From Selaginella moellendorffii (lineage: Eukaryota > Plantae > Lycopodiophyta), in assembly GCF_000143415.4 (NCBI RefSeq), contig NW_003314352.1, positions 612,278 to 676,277 of the forward strand: a DNA stretch of 64,000 bases, read 5' to 3'. Positions 25,781-37,937 of this stretch are shown here, piece after piece. Every line of letters begins with the position of its first letter. Positions within the stretch are counted from its first letter, which is position 1. Made by a program: the position numbers and the translations under genes. The notes below the pieces were generated by a model. It did not search any database and was not told where the DNA came from. It saw only the letters and a list, made by a program, of their open reading frames with translations.

Positions 25781-26999
25781 TCACAAAAGATAGAATGACG
25801 CAGCAGCAGAGCTCAGCAAACGACCATCTTTTTTCCACCTCGACTGAGGAGCAGTAGCGGCAGCAACAAAAATCTGGACAGATTCCATTGAGAGCGACCA
25901 ACACTTCGATTCAAAACCTTACCCGACCGCTCTGGGCTGCAGCGGACACGACTACGTGCTTGCTTCCTGCCAAGTACTCGTACAGATAGTATACTCTGCA
26001 GTGGCACCAGTCAGTCTTACAAAAAAAAAAAAAAAAACAATATCCACGATGCAATACAAAACCTTTGAGCTTCGGAGGTCACGGACGAGGCGGCAGTGAG
26101 CCTTGCACCGACTGTAAACAAACAAAAGAAATGACAAACGATCAACAAAGCGGAGAAACAAACAGAGAAACTTGCAGTGACCGACCAGGAAGAAATAGCT
26201 TCGCAATGTCGTCAACTTTCCCAAGGTCCTTGATGCTCTTAGCCTACAGCAAAAGGAACTATTGCTATCACACCTTAGCAGCAGTGGTAACACAAAACGC
26301 CAGTACTCGTTACCTCGAAAAATGTAGCCTTGAGCTGCGAAGCCCGACGAATTACCACGCTCACAAACTCCTCCCTGATTGAGAACCAAACAGGAATGAA
26401 GAGAAAAACTAAGAAACGAAAAATTTCCAAGAAAGAAGTAGCGAACAAACCCGTCACGAGAAGCAAAACGCGCTGCAAAAACCTTGGGCTTTGCACGATT
26501 GCCATACAAAGGAACTTCTCCTATAGGAAACTCCTGCCATTCTCGTAGCCACACAGCAGCATGTTAGAACTAGAATTCTTTTTCTAGCAAACTCCAAACT
26601 TACATCGGGTTCCAGAGTATCTTCGAAACCTGGAGGAATTTTCACGCCAAATCCATCCCCTTGGTACTCGTCCCAAGAATTTGGATCGTTCTTCTCTGCC
26701 AAACCAGTAGAGTTTTCATTGTTTCCTCGTTTTTTTCCTTCTAGAATGCCAGAAGAAGACTAGCTACTCTACTTACTTGGGATGTTTAGCTCTTCTTGCT
26801 CCAACGCAGCTGCTGGCATTGGCATTTGCATCCAGGGACTCGGCAACAACACGAGCTGGACTCCAAATCCTCGGCGTGAAAGTCTCACGGATTGCGCGGC
26901 GTGATGAGGAGAATGCACAGACATCGGACACACACAGGGATCCCGCTTCGTGTCCCGGCAGAGAAATCCGCTGGGCGTGAGAGCGATGATAGTGCCCAT
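25781..26999 (-). CDS. PPD5: PsbP-domain thylakoid lumen protein (PPD5-like), multi-exon
   Basis: Transit peptide with twin-Arg LSRRGF and AxA. Then YQGDGFGVKIPPGFED, LYGNRAKP..FAARF..RDG, VSVVIRRASQLKATFFE, YYLYEY, ATAPQSRWKKDGRLLSSAAASFYLL*. Confidence 0.85.
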
Positions 27000-27049
27000 T
27001 CTGGCATAAACCCTAGATTTGTTTATCCACTTTAGGGAGCCGGATCTCG

Positions 27050-27948
27050 ATGAGGCGTGGTGGCTCGGCAGTGCGGCCGGTCGGCACCGATGGATCGGAT
27101 TTCTCCTACCGCATGACCGTGGACGACAGTAAGTAGCAGCAGCGAGCGCTGGATCTCTTTCTTGCTTCGATCTCATGGCGCAATCTCATCGATCGATCGA
27201 TTTTTCACTGTAGAATACCGGAGAGCTGCGCATGCTCGTATGCATTTGCGGAGATTTGTGGCGATCCAGGTTAAAAAGAAGCTCCATTGTTCTTTCTCGA
27301 GAGAGATTTCTCTGGTTTCTTCTAATGTATTTTTCGTTGATCCAGACAGCGTTTGTGTTGTTCAAGGCTCTATGGTCGACTCTCATGACTCTCAATGGCG
27401 AGCCGCTTGAAATGACCACCGTGTGTGCGTGTATCTTTGGGGGAGCTTCTGTCCTCGTTGGAACGCTCGGTAAGAACTTCTCTTCGGACTTCTTTCTCTT
27501 TTTTTTTTTCTTGTTTTGATCGTGGTTGCTTTGGTAGCTCTGAAAACTGGTGCTTCGCCCCATTTGCTCAAGCTCTACTTGCTCCTCACGGGGACTTCCA
27601 TCTCGCTCTCGCTGCTCCCGATCATCTCTGGCCGTTTCTTCGCAGAGGTTTGGATTTCATTAGATTTGCCTGATACCAAGCTCGACGTGAAAAATCCTTC
27701 TTGTCCGCTAGCAGTGGTCGGACGAGTGGCAGAAGAGCAGCAAGGAAAACAGGAACAAAGTCATCCTCGTTAGCCTCGAAGCCGTCCAAGAAGCCATTGG
27801 TCTGTTTGTTTATTCTTTCGCCCCTGTCGTTCCTCCGTATCGACTGACTGAAAAAATCTTTCTTTCCTGTGTTTCAGGGATTTTGGTCCAGCTTCTGTCC
27901 GTCTCGAAAGCGCTCTCGTTATCCAACAGCATTGCTCGCAAGAAATAA
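27050..27948 (+). CDS. Jagunal-like ER membrane protein, multi-exon
   Basis: N-terminal jagunal signature RPVGTDGSDFSYRM.VD.KY, several TM exons, C-terminal dilysine ...ARKK*. Confidence 0.85.
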
Positions 27949-28064
27949 GAAGTAAAGTTCCTTTCTTTCCTCAACCATATCCGGCTCCGTGTCAGCTATT
28001 CTTAGAGCAGCGACGACGATGGCTCCACACAGTTAGGGTTCTTCTCTTGCTGCTCGACAGCGCC

Positions 28065-29447
28065 ATGCCGCTCCGCCGCAACAGGTCCGACGAGAAAGAC
28101 GTCCTCGACAACGTCCATGACAACATCCACATCGACCCGCTCGCGCAGGACTTCATCGACACGGTGGAGTTCCAGCGCCTGCGCGATGTGAAGCAGCTGG
28201 GCCTGTGCAACCTCGTCTACCCCGGCGCGACCCACTCGCGGCTCGAGCACTCGCTCGGCGTCTACAACTTCGCGCGCGCCACCGTCTTCAACCTGGACAG
28301 CTGCTGGCCCGAGCTGGAGCTGGAGCAGTCGGACCTCACGTCCGTGGGGCTGGCGGGTCTTCTCCACGACGTCGGCCACGGCCCCTTCAGCCACGTCTTC
28401 GAGAACGAGTTCCTGCCCAGGATCGGCGCCGGCCTGCTCAAGTGGCACCACGAGGCCATGTCCGGAAAGATGGTGGACTTCATCGTGGACAGGAACTACA
28501 TCGACGTGGACGCCGGGGTGCTCAAGCGCGTCAAGGACATGATCCTGTGCAGCTCGGAGCGCGGCGCGCCGCAGGGCGACAAGGCCTTCCTCTACGACAT
28601 CGTCGCCAACGGGCGCAACGGCATCGACGTGGACAAGTTCGACTATATCCTCCGCGACACCCGCGCCTGCGGCCTGGAGCCCGGGACTTTCAAGGTTTGC
28701 CGGCTCATGGACAGCATGCGGGTGATCGACAACGAGATTTGCTTCCGCTCCAACGTCGCCGCCACCATCTGCGAGCTGTTTGTGACGAGGGGGAACCTCT
28801 TCCGGGAGGTTTACACGCACCCCAAGGTGAAGGCCATGGAGCTGATGCTGGCGGACGCGCTGGTGATGGCGGACGGCTTCCTGGGCATCTCCGGGATGGT
28901 GGACGACCCGGCCAGCTTCTGGAAGCTGGACGACTCGTTACTCAAGGCGATCGAGACGTCGGACGAGCCGGAGCTGGAGGCGTCGAGGAAGCTGGTGTGG
29001 AGGATGCGGCGGCGGGGGCGGGAGCTGTACCAGTTTTGCGACAGCCTCAAGGTCCCGGCGGAGCACGCCGAGAGGTTTAGTGCTGTGACGGCCGAGGACA
29101 TCCTCTGCTACGCCAAGGGTGGCGTTCTCCAGAGGGACGACATCGTGGTGAGCAACGTCAAGATTGACGATGCTTGCGGGAAGAGCGATCTCCTGGAGGG
29201 CGTGCACTTCTTCAAAGGCTATGGCAGCACGGAGAAGCTGGAGCTCAAGGCGGAGGAGGTGGGGAGGAGTTATGCTGGGCACGACGTGCCGCAGAGGATC
29301 GTCCGGGTGTACGTGAAGAAGTATGAGCATCTGGAGGCGGCGTGCGATGCGTTCCAGGCGTTCCAGCGCGAGAAGTATAACGTCCAGAGCCAGATGCTCA
29401 GGACGCCCGATAGCAAGAGGAAGAGGAAGACGAGGAGAGTAAACTAA
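28065..29447 (+). CDS. SAMHD1/VENOSA4-like HD-domain dNTP triphosphohydrolase, intronless
   Basis: FQRLRDVKQLG...VYPGATHSRLEHSLGV, LLHDVGHGPFSH.FE, WHHE, GIDVDKFDYI.RD, VYTHPKVKA. Confidence 0.93.
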   Translation: MPLRRNRSDEKDVLDNVHDNIHIDPLAQDFIDTVEFQRLRDVKQLGLCNLVYPGATHSRLEHSLGVYNFARATVFNLDSCWPELELEQSDLTSVGLAGLLHDVGHGPFSHVFENEFLPRIGAGLLKWHHEAMSGKMVDFIVDRNYIDVDAGVLKRVKDMILCSSERGAPQGDKAFLYDIVANGRNGIDVDKFDYILRDTRACGLEPGTFKVCRLMDSMRVIDNEICFRSNVAATICELFVTRGNLFREVYTHPKVKAMELMLADALVMADGFLGISGMVDDPASFWKLDDSLLKAIETSDEPELEASRKLVWRMRRRGRELYQFCDSLKVPAEHAERFSAVTAEDILCYAKGGVLQRDDIVVSNVKIDDACGKSDLLEGVHFFKGYGSTEKLELKAEEVGRSYAGHDVPQRIVRVYVKKYEHLEAACDAFQAFQREKYNVQSQMLRTPDSKRKRKTRRVN

Positions 29448-30649
29448 AAACGAGACAACTCTATAAGCATTTTTCTCATTCTTTTTTCCTATTACTTGAA
29501 AGGTTTGACCAAATTAGAAAAATAAGATAAAATAATTTTTTACGCATATTCTATGGTTCAAAATTTTAATTAAATCTTTTGGCAGATATTATACAGCATC
29601 ATCCATAACCTATTTTAAATCTAAAATGTTTTCATATTGGCTACTTCTTACCAAATCACACCACATCAAGCATGTGTTGTCGATCCCATTGTTGAATGCG
29701 AGCGCCCAAGACATTAGTGGAATGATTGATTTATTTTTCTGCAAAGCAGTTTGTTGAGTGTGTAGAAAAAACTGGAAAGTGGACTCCCTTTCCCATTCTA
29801 GTGAGGAACTTGCTAAACTAAAACCCTTCACGCAGCTATTCATTCATGTAAGATCGTCGCTACGTGATAGGGGCTGGATGCCTACTATGTTATGTAGCAA
29901 AGGTGGCAAATGAGAAGCTTTGAGAAAGGAGTTCATCAATGTATGATACTTGCAAGAGAATCATTGAGAGACACAATGAGTTCATTAGAGATTCTTGAAA
30001 GCACACAGCAAAAAAATGTTTAATATTGTGCAAGGGCTGGAGAGGTCATTAAGTGGACAGGTTTATACCAGCTTGAGCTCTATCAACTCAAAGTGTGTTT
30101 GAACCTATTTCACTGGCCAAGTTATCACAGTAACTGTTGCAAAAGAAGAACAGTTAAAAAATGAGAGTGACAAAATTTTAGAAAGCCCCTTTTTATCTCT
30201 AGAATCCTGCGAGATTATAGACGAGGCAAAGCTTGGATAGATCACCTTTCAGCCTGCTCCTATCATCATCCACAACTCCAAAAGGAATGGACCTGCGTTG
30301 CTCCCATACTCAGGATAGACACAAGAATGACTAGCGTGCCATAGCTCACTTCTTGCCACAGCCATGCCCATTGATCAAAGCATGCTATATATCTTCTTTC
30401 CACTTCCACACACAAGTTCCAAGCTTTTGGGATCCATAGCTATCCTGGATGAACTTTTCTTTAAAGAAGAATGTTTGGCAGGTACTGGCAAGATCCACAA
30501 GTTTTTGGTTTCCTCTTCTTCACGTACTTGCATTTTTGGATTAGCTCGATTATGGACCCAACTCTAAAGGATTCCCTGCTGTGCTATTTCCTCCCCTGCT
30601 CCAGTCTTATATCCGCTAGTGCCTCATGTTGCCTTCCATGCTTCATTTA

Positions 30650-32000
30650 TTTTCAGTTATTCAGTATTTTTTATTGATTCAATTGATCAATAAAAAATAA
30701 TATTATAAATATACTATAAGATTAATCTTATTGGTAGAATAAACTAAAATATATTAAGAAGAGTTTAGGAAAGTTTATAAATTATAAAAACAAGATTAAT
30801 CAAAGTGAATAACAACTATTTGATGGTAGAATATCTCAAAATATTTAAGAACATTTTAGATATAACTATAATTATAATTAAAAAAGCTCAAAATTTATTT
30901 ATTAAAGAGAGTTGTTGAATTTGCACCAGATGTGATGCAAATGTTTATTAATTTAGACTTCCTAGAAAATTAAGTAATCTTATAAACACTTCAATTCCAC
31001 TTTTTAAATACCCTTAATTGATTGAAAATAAATATTTTTAATTCAGAATTTTATCCTTTTTATTGTTTACTATTTTTTATTTATTTGGTCATTTGAATTT
31101 CAAAAAGTGATAAAATAAAATTAATTAATTTATGTAAAAATTTAATTTAATTTATATATTTATTTAGTTTTTTAACTCAAAAATAACTATATAGATGATC
31201 TTTTAACAGTGGCATTGTTAAGTGAAATTTATGATTTTAGAATAAATTATTTAAATAATATAAACTCTATAATATTATAAATACATAGATATCTAATCTT
31301 TTATTCTAACCTTGATTAAATTATTTGTTAAACTGATACTTATAATTATAATTAAAAATTAACTATATTATTTTTATAAAAATGCTAGTTGAGAAAATAA
31401 TTAGCCACACATAATCTATATCTTTTGTTATAGAACTTTGTTTACTTATTTACTTATTTATAGTATTTTATTACTTAAGTTACTAAAACTATAAATGTGT
31501 AAAAATAAAATAACTTTATCTCATATGAATTTTATCATTTAAATTTTATACTTTTATTTTTATTTTTCTTATTAAAAAACCTTTTAAACATTATTTAATA
31601 AAACACAAACTATATGTGTAATATTTCAAACAAGTACAAGAGATTTATATTACTGAATAAAACTTATAAATAATTATATATATTTTAAGGAAAAAAGTTA
31701 TTGAATATAAATTTTTAAACACAATTTATTTGTACAGAGAGAAATATTTTTTTCTATATCTCATACGTTAAAAGCATAAATTTATTCTCAATTTAATATG
31801 TTTATCTAAAAATTGACAAATATACAGAAAATTTATTAGCTAATTAGTAAAATTACCTTATGTAAATTTTGACAAAATTGTTAAAATTATCTACTGATAT
31901 CAGAAAATAAATTATTCAAATGTTATCCAAGAAAAAACAAAGGAAGAAAAGCGAAAAACCAAAAAAATTCTAATTGATTAGAACCCATCTTATTTATTTG
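30650..32000. other. Extremely AT-rich non-coding tract
   Basis: Sampled lines have about 8 G+C per 60 nt. No ORF of 60 aa or more lies within the tract. Confidence 0.8.
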
Positions 32001-32060
32001 TTGTAATTGATAGAAAAAAACTCTCACAGTACTGTAACTTAAAAGTCGACCCACAATAGT

Positions 32061-35000
32061 TTATTGAGGACCTTGATGACCCTGGGTAGGGAATATAATC
32101 CCAGCTTCCGTATCCACTTGATTCACCAAGCTGGAGCAGCGTTGCATGACGGGCCCTCTGTTGGAGGGATCCTGCCGATTCAGACCAAGTGCAACCAGTA
32201 TCTTGCGCTCTAGCTCCGTGTCTGAAAAGCTCTTTACAACCAAAAACAGCCGCAAACAGACACGCTTGCTTACACTCTGCGTCCGGCTTCTCCGAGAACG
32301 TTGAATGCAGTGCGTTCCCAACGTCGTCCAGAATAGCAGACGTTGTCATCGACGATTCCACGCACACAATCGCCGCAATAGCATCTGCTCTGGTAACCTG
32401 TCGCCGGTACATAAGCTTCGCATGCGCTGCAACACCGTTATCGCATCCTTCATCATCCCTGATCAACTTGGTATTTACCTTGTGCGAGCCTTATCAGGCT
32501 TTCCAACATCCTTATGGTCGTCCTTGCTAGCAACAAAATCATAGCCTGAGCATGCTTCCTCTGAAGATGAAGGTAACAGCACCTGCATTCTGAGCGCCTG
32601 CTCTCCGCTGGAGCTGATAGTAACTGATGATGATCTTCTCGGCTTCGGCCGTAAGAACAGGACGAATGTGGTCCCTCACATAAAGAATGTACCTGCTAAT
32701 GAATTTGTTTCAGCAGACCAACAGGAAATGTATTACCTCCTCAGCATTGCCAGTGTCCAAAAACCCGTGAGATTGCTGACACAGTTCACCGATTTTTGCT
32801 TCATATGCTGTGGACACGGATTACTCACGGCCTAGGCTAAAGAAAAAGAATCTAAGCGCCACAAACCTCGGATAAAATGTGAGAAGAGACAATGGTGTCC
32901 CACTCTGGGTTTTTAGTATCAAGAAGCACCAACACGATGTCAAAACGACTCAAAAGTGGCCCAGACAAGGTGGTGTTCACGGAAAGAGCTGAAAATGGAC
33001 TGTCCATAAGCGTTAGTTTCATAGTCTAGAGAAAAACATACGCTGCTGAGGGTCATATTGGCCCTTAGGATTGGTTACACCGAAAACAGTCGTCCTTGTG
33101 TTAAGCGTTGTCACGAGCCCAGCCTATATGCAACTCATTAACACTTCTTCGATGGAAATAATCACTCTCTGACCTTTGCAACACTGAGTGTCTGTTGTTC
33201 CATAGCTTCATGAATTGTGGCTCTGTCTGCTTCTCGAATGCTGCTGATTGAAATTTCGGCACTCGTAAATACGCACGCCAAGATCAAACCTGTCAAATTC
33301 GTCAATGCAACATAGTCCACCATCCGCTAAAACCAGTGCCCCAGCTTCGAGCATCCATTCTCCTGTTTGAGAAACGTGAGTATCATATTGCTCTTAGCAA
33401 GAAAAATCACCTCCATCTTTAACTGCTGTTACCGTAAGCCCTGCACTGGTGCTTCCTAGACCGGTTGTCACAACCGAGCGATGACTCAATCTAGCTGCAT
33501 ATTTTAGAAACTGAGACTTCCCAGTGCCTAAAATATTAGAAGACTGTCAGCAGAAAAAAGAAACTCATGAACTCAACGTACCCGGGTCTCCAACAAGAAG
33601 CAAGTGTGATTCTCCTCGTATACGAGTTCCAGAAGAATCTACACGCTGAACTCCACCAACCAACGTCAAGGCAACTGCCGAAGAAGAACATTTACAAAGT
33701 TTTCTTCGTAAGTAAAAATGGACATAGATACCCGCTAGCTTTACGGTGAAGAGCCCATACACCTGAGGACATATGCTCTGTAGTATGGCATTTCTTCCTA
33801 CAAAAACCAAAGTACTGAGGAAGTCGCTGGAAGATATTCAAACCTTTGAATGGCGCTCTCTCGAATTCCTTCCAGAATTGCTCAAATTGGTGGATAACAT
33901 CGTCAGGTACGTCGACTGCCGCCTTCAAGTCATTTGCTTTCCTGCCGGCAATAAGCTCTAAGAGGGTTGAGGTAGCAAAAGCAGCTTCGTACCGCACATA
34001 GTTGACCCTGAGCATTATTTCAATATCGCAACGGGCATCTTTACAGCTTCGCCGCCATCGGGAGAAAAGTTCCCCAGTTGCAACAACGTCATCTGCATGA
34101 AAAACTTAATATGATGGTATATGACTGTGTCCATACCTCCGGCCTGGACAGTGTCTACGAGATCATCCTGTAAAATAGCAACAATAGACCGTGGAACAGA
34201 GCCGACACCAAGAGTTTGCAGATTCTCTTGCATTTTGATCTCCTGATAGTCATGGGAAACTTTCGAGTCCTCTATGCAACGGAAGGTTGAACCAGTACAT
34301 GGCTTTGTTCTCTGTGACTTACATGTAAGCGATTATGAATCGAAGGTCTGACCATTCACCTGAGAGGGGCACCTCCGTGGCAGCTCAACGCCGCTGCCAG
34401 TTTCCAGCTCCGGGAACAACTTAAAACTGAAAACAACAAGATCATAAGTCACGGCCCTCTAGAAGGTCGACAAAAACCTGCGCTTGCACTTTGTGCACTC
34501 GTACTCGCGCTCTCCCTCAAGAATCTTGACGCCACCTGAACGGATTATTGTTCCTTTCAGAGTTACAAGTTTTCCAAGATGCTTCACTCTGATGCGTCCA
34601 ATGCTTGGATTTACTTCTGCGGAAAAACAAAGTTAGATTTCTCCAGTAGCAATCAGCTTTAGAGATCTTGCAGTACCTGGACGTTCCAAAGCGGAACCCT
34701 GTACCACCAAGCGTACATGAACGCGCTTCATCACTTTGTTGCCTTTGTCCAGTTTTTGCTGCAAAGTGGAAGCTGTTAGCCGTGTGATCGCTAAGTATCT
34801 GTCACAGGCTTTACCAATACTGCCAATGCTGCTGCGTCGAATAGAGGCAAAACCTTTCCTGGTTGAAAGTAGAGCTCATGAGAAAGCTTGGGATGGGCTT
34901 CCAGAAGTTCCGCAAAGCTGAGTAACAAAGGGGAAGAAAAATGAGAATGAGCTCAAACACGATGTCGCAAACCACTGAACTCGACATGGACTGAGTAGTG

Positions 35001-35129
35001 CTTGGATTCGTCCTCGAGGAGCAAGATCCTCTCCAGCTCCGACAAGTGATTCTCCTCTAGGAAGCTTTCAAACGCCTCCACATAATCGGCGTCGTGGATG
35101 ACCGGCTCCTGCTCGCCCCCATTTCCCAT
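32061..35129 (-). CDS. MCM9: MCM9 DNA helicase, many exons
   Basis: [26 protein letters not shown] (Walker A), [65 protein letters not shown] (MCM9-type). Confidence 0.92.
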
Positions 35130-35266
35130 CGAAATCGATCGATATTCTACCTTAGGGAGCGATAGAAGAAGAATGTAGGTCAGCTCGCGCTCGCACCGAT
35201 CGCCAAGGGCTCTCCCGCCAAGACGAACCAAAAATTGCGAACTTTAGGGTTCTTGAGTGGAGCGCG

Positions 35267-35366
35267 NNNNNNNNNNNNNNNNNNNNNNNNNNNNNNNNNN
35301 NNNNNNNNNNNNNNNNNNNNNNNNNNNNNNNNNNNNNNNNNNNNNNNNNNNNNNNNNNNNNNNNNN
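35267..35366. other. Assembly gap (100 N)
   Basis: Run of N. Confidence 1.
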
Positions 35367-36404
35367 AAATCTCCGGAATTCTCCACGGCCGTCCAGGTGG
35401 AGCTAGAGAGCGCGGGGGCGGCTTCCAGAGCTCTCCCAGTGGAGATCGAAGTAAAGCCATTCTCCTCCAAAGAAGAGCCATCGCCATACGACTCGGAGGA
35501 TTTGCAGCAGCACCTCCGCCTGGAGCTCCCGGAGGCCGTGATCTCGGCGGAGGCCCTGTTCCTGGCCAGGAGCGTCGACCTCAAGTCCCTGGCGGCGCTG
35601 GAGCCGCCGTCGCTGGGTGTGGTGCTCCCGTGCCGCAACCACGTCGTGATCAAGCTCCACGACGCCGACTCCATGGCCCGCGAGGACTACTCGCCCATGC
35701 CCGGCTGCCTGAGCAACAACAAGGTGGCGGTGGTGTTCCAGTACGGCTCGGTGGTGCTCTTCAACTTCCACGACCTCTCGCCCGACACCAATCCCATCCT
35801 CGCCGCGGTGAAGCGCCACAGCCGCGAGTTCGTGGGCGATCCCCGGAAGGACAACTACCGGGTGGTGGTGATCCCGGGGCTGGACCGCTGGAGCCAGGGG
35901 GGCTCGGACAAGATCATGGTGAAGAAGCTGGACATGGACGGCGTCCGGATCATCTCGCTGGTGCTGGGGCAGAGCATCGCGCTGGATCACTACACGCGCA
36001 GCATCGACGAGATGCTCAACACATTCGGCGAGCTCAACCGGCATATGGAGCTCACGGGGACGTTCAAAATGCAGCGCAAGGCGCTGTTCAAGCTGGTGGC
36101 GGCGGCCAACGCGGCGCTGGCGGACGCCATCCTCCGCCTGGGGCTGCTGGAGCGGTCGGACGCGGCGTGGCAGAGCGCGCGGTACGATCGCATCTGGGAG
36201 CACATGAGGGGCGACTTCGAGCTGGACGACCGCTTCGAGAGCCTCGAGTTTAAGATCGGGATCATCCAGCACAACGTCAAGTTCTTCCTGGACATCCTCC
36301 AGAACCGCAAGTCGGACACGCTCGAGTGGATCATCATCTTCCTCATCGCCGGGGAGATTTGTGTGGGCGTCTACGACATTTTGAACGGGGCAGGAGCGAT
36401 CTAG
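35367..36404 (+). CDS. RMD1/RMND1/DUF155 family protein (RETARDED ROOT GROWTH-like); 5' end lost in gap; no introns in the visible part
   Basis: VVFQYGSVVLFN, LGQSIALDHY, LGLLERSDAAW...YDRIWEHMRGDFELDDRFESLEFK, LQNRKSDTLEWIIIFLIAGEI. Confidence 0.9.
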   Translation, partial: KSPEFSTAVQVELESAGAASRALPVEIEVKPFSSKEEPSPYDSEDLQQHLRLELPEAVISAEALFLARSVDLKSLAALEPPSLGVVLPCRNHVVIKLHDADSMAREDYSPMPGCLSNNKVAVVFQYGSVVLFNFHDLSPDTNPILAAVKRHSREFVGDPRKDNYRVVVIPGLDRWSQGGSDKIMVKKLDMDGVRIISLVLGQSIALDHYTRSIDEMLNTFGELNRHMELTGTFKMQRKALFKLVAAANAALADAILRLGLLERSDAAWQSARYDRIWEHMRGDFELDDRFESLEFKIGIIQHNVKFFLDILQNRKSDTLEWIIIFLIAGEICVGVYDILNGAGAI

Positions 36405-36519
36405 AGCTTTTTTTTGGAAAGAAAAATAAAAAACCCATCGGACATCCGTTTCCTTCTGGAATATGCCCTATCACACTTTCAAGGCTAAGAGAGGTACCCA
36501 CGATAGAATTACCAGCTCA

Positions 36520-36591
36520 GGTCCCATAGTCTAGTGGTTACGACATTGGACTTTGAATCCAAGAGCCCGAGTTCGAATCTCGGTGGGACCT
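36520..36591 (+). tRNA. tRNA-Gln(TTG)
   Basis: GGTCCCA/TGGGACC acceptor stem, TTGGA-CTTTGAA-TCCAA anticodon arm, T-loop GTTCGAATC. Confidence 0.95.
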
Positions 36592-37329
36592 TAATTTCAT
36601 AAGCTTTTTAAAAACTTAATTTCCATTAAGCAAAATGCCTTTTCTAATCCTTTTTGCATTCATGCTTTTTGTTACCCCTTTAACGTTTACACTCGGGGTT
36701 AGCGATCAGAACATCGACTCCAATCCAGATCTCGTCCACAAAGGCATTCCAGAATTGGCGATTACATCTGGTCCGGAATCTCCATTGTTGCCGCAGGACG
36801 CATGTTTATGTTGTGCAACGATCCCAGCACGCTTTCGCCCAGCATGCTGATGATGGATCGGTTCTGGGAGCTGAGGGCGATGCTGCCACCCAATAATGGA
36901 TAGTAAATTTTATTATTTTTATATTTGATTTTTACTTTTTTTACTAATGTTGGATAATAATTTAAATTTTCTTAATTTGAAGCCCACAAGTAGTAGTGTC
37001 AAGAAGTTCAAAACGTTTCTCATGCCTAACTTAAAGTAGCTTTACATTGATCAGTGTGGATTCCCATCATCGAGTTTGATGCTTGCCCAAGCACTTCATT
37101 CTCCATGGCAGGAAGATGAGAGCAAGCAGGACATTTACAGTTTACTTCGAATGCCAGAGCAGATTTGATCGTGATAAGAGATATGCCCTTGCAGGGATCC
37201 TGAGAATGCGAGGATTCCATGTCAGCGCAAGAATATTCATATCATGATTCAGATAGAAAGTTTTTACCAGGTAGAGACTAAAATTTTGACACACATATAG
37301 TTACCAGATTGACATATAGCTCATCAAAT

Positions 37330-37800
37330 GAAGGCTATAGGGTTCTTGCGCAGTCGAATCCTAATGCAATCAATCGCCTGTTTCCTAACATAAAGAGTGT
37401 ATTAGTGGACAGGCAAGCCATGGAGGCGAGACATATGATGGTCTCACACCATGGAACCGGAGGCTAGTCACTAGCTACCAAACGGGATGCCACAGATAGT
37501 AGAGCTGAGCCTTTGGCTGAAACCACAAATCCCACGCAAGATGAGACTCTGCCCAACTTGCTTCGAGCCAGTGGACGTCGAACATATGATCAACGATTGC
37601 TTCATGTACGCCAATCTTTGCCATGCTCCGGTTCCGTGGGGCGCTGATCTCCATCTCATCCTCACACACAAACGGTGGCAATTTTCTGATGAGATGGAGC
37701 TCAGCCGCCAGAAGGTGATAGAAGAACTAATGCTCGCCAACACAACCCACCGGCTGCTACAGAACCATGTAAACAGTATATGAAGGGAGGGACCAAGAGT
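37330..37800 (+). mobile_element. 3' fragment of a non-LTR (LINE) retrotransposon, degenerate
   Basis: Frameshifted ...QTGCHR/VELSLW...IPRKMRLCPTCFEPVDVEHMINDCFMY resembles the C-terminal CCHC zinc-finger region that follows LINE RT. Confidence 0.6.
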
Positions 37801-37937
37801 GATAAGGAAATCAATTTTCACACATTGTGGTCTTGTTGCAATGTTACTAATAATCATAATATAAGCATTTGAAACAACATTTGAAGCAAGTCCACTCCAT
37901 TAAGATTGTATACATATTTATTAATCATTCTTCATGA

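Noticed and set aside
28002-29330. Long antisense and alternate-frame ORFs over SAMHD1 (likewise over LDH, the RMD1-like gene, ATPD, Hv1 and EDL)
   Set aside because: Shadow ORFs caused by high GC at third codon positions.
29880-30650. Possible transposase remnant
   Set aside because: Hand translation gave no recognisable motifs.
28065-35129. SAMHD1-like and MCM9 as a functional DNA-metabolism cluster
   Set aside because: Convergent genes 2.6 kb apart with no shared promoter. Adjacency is probably chance.
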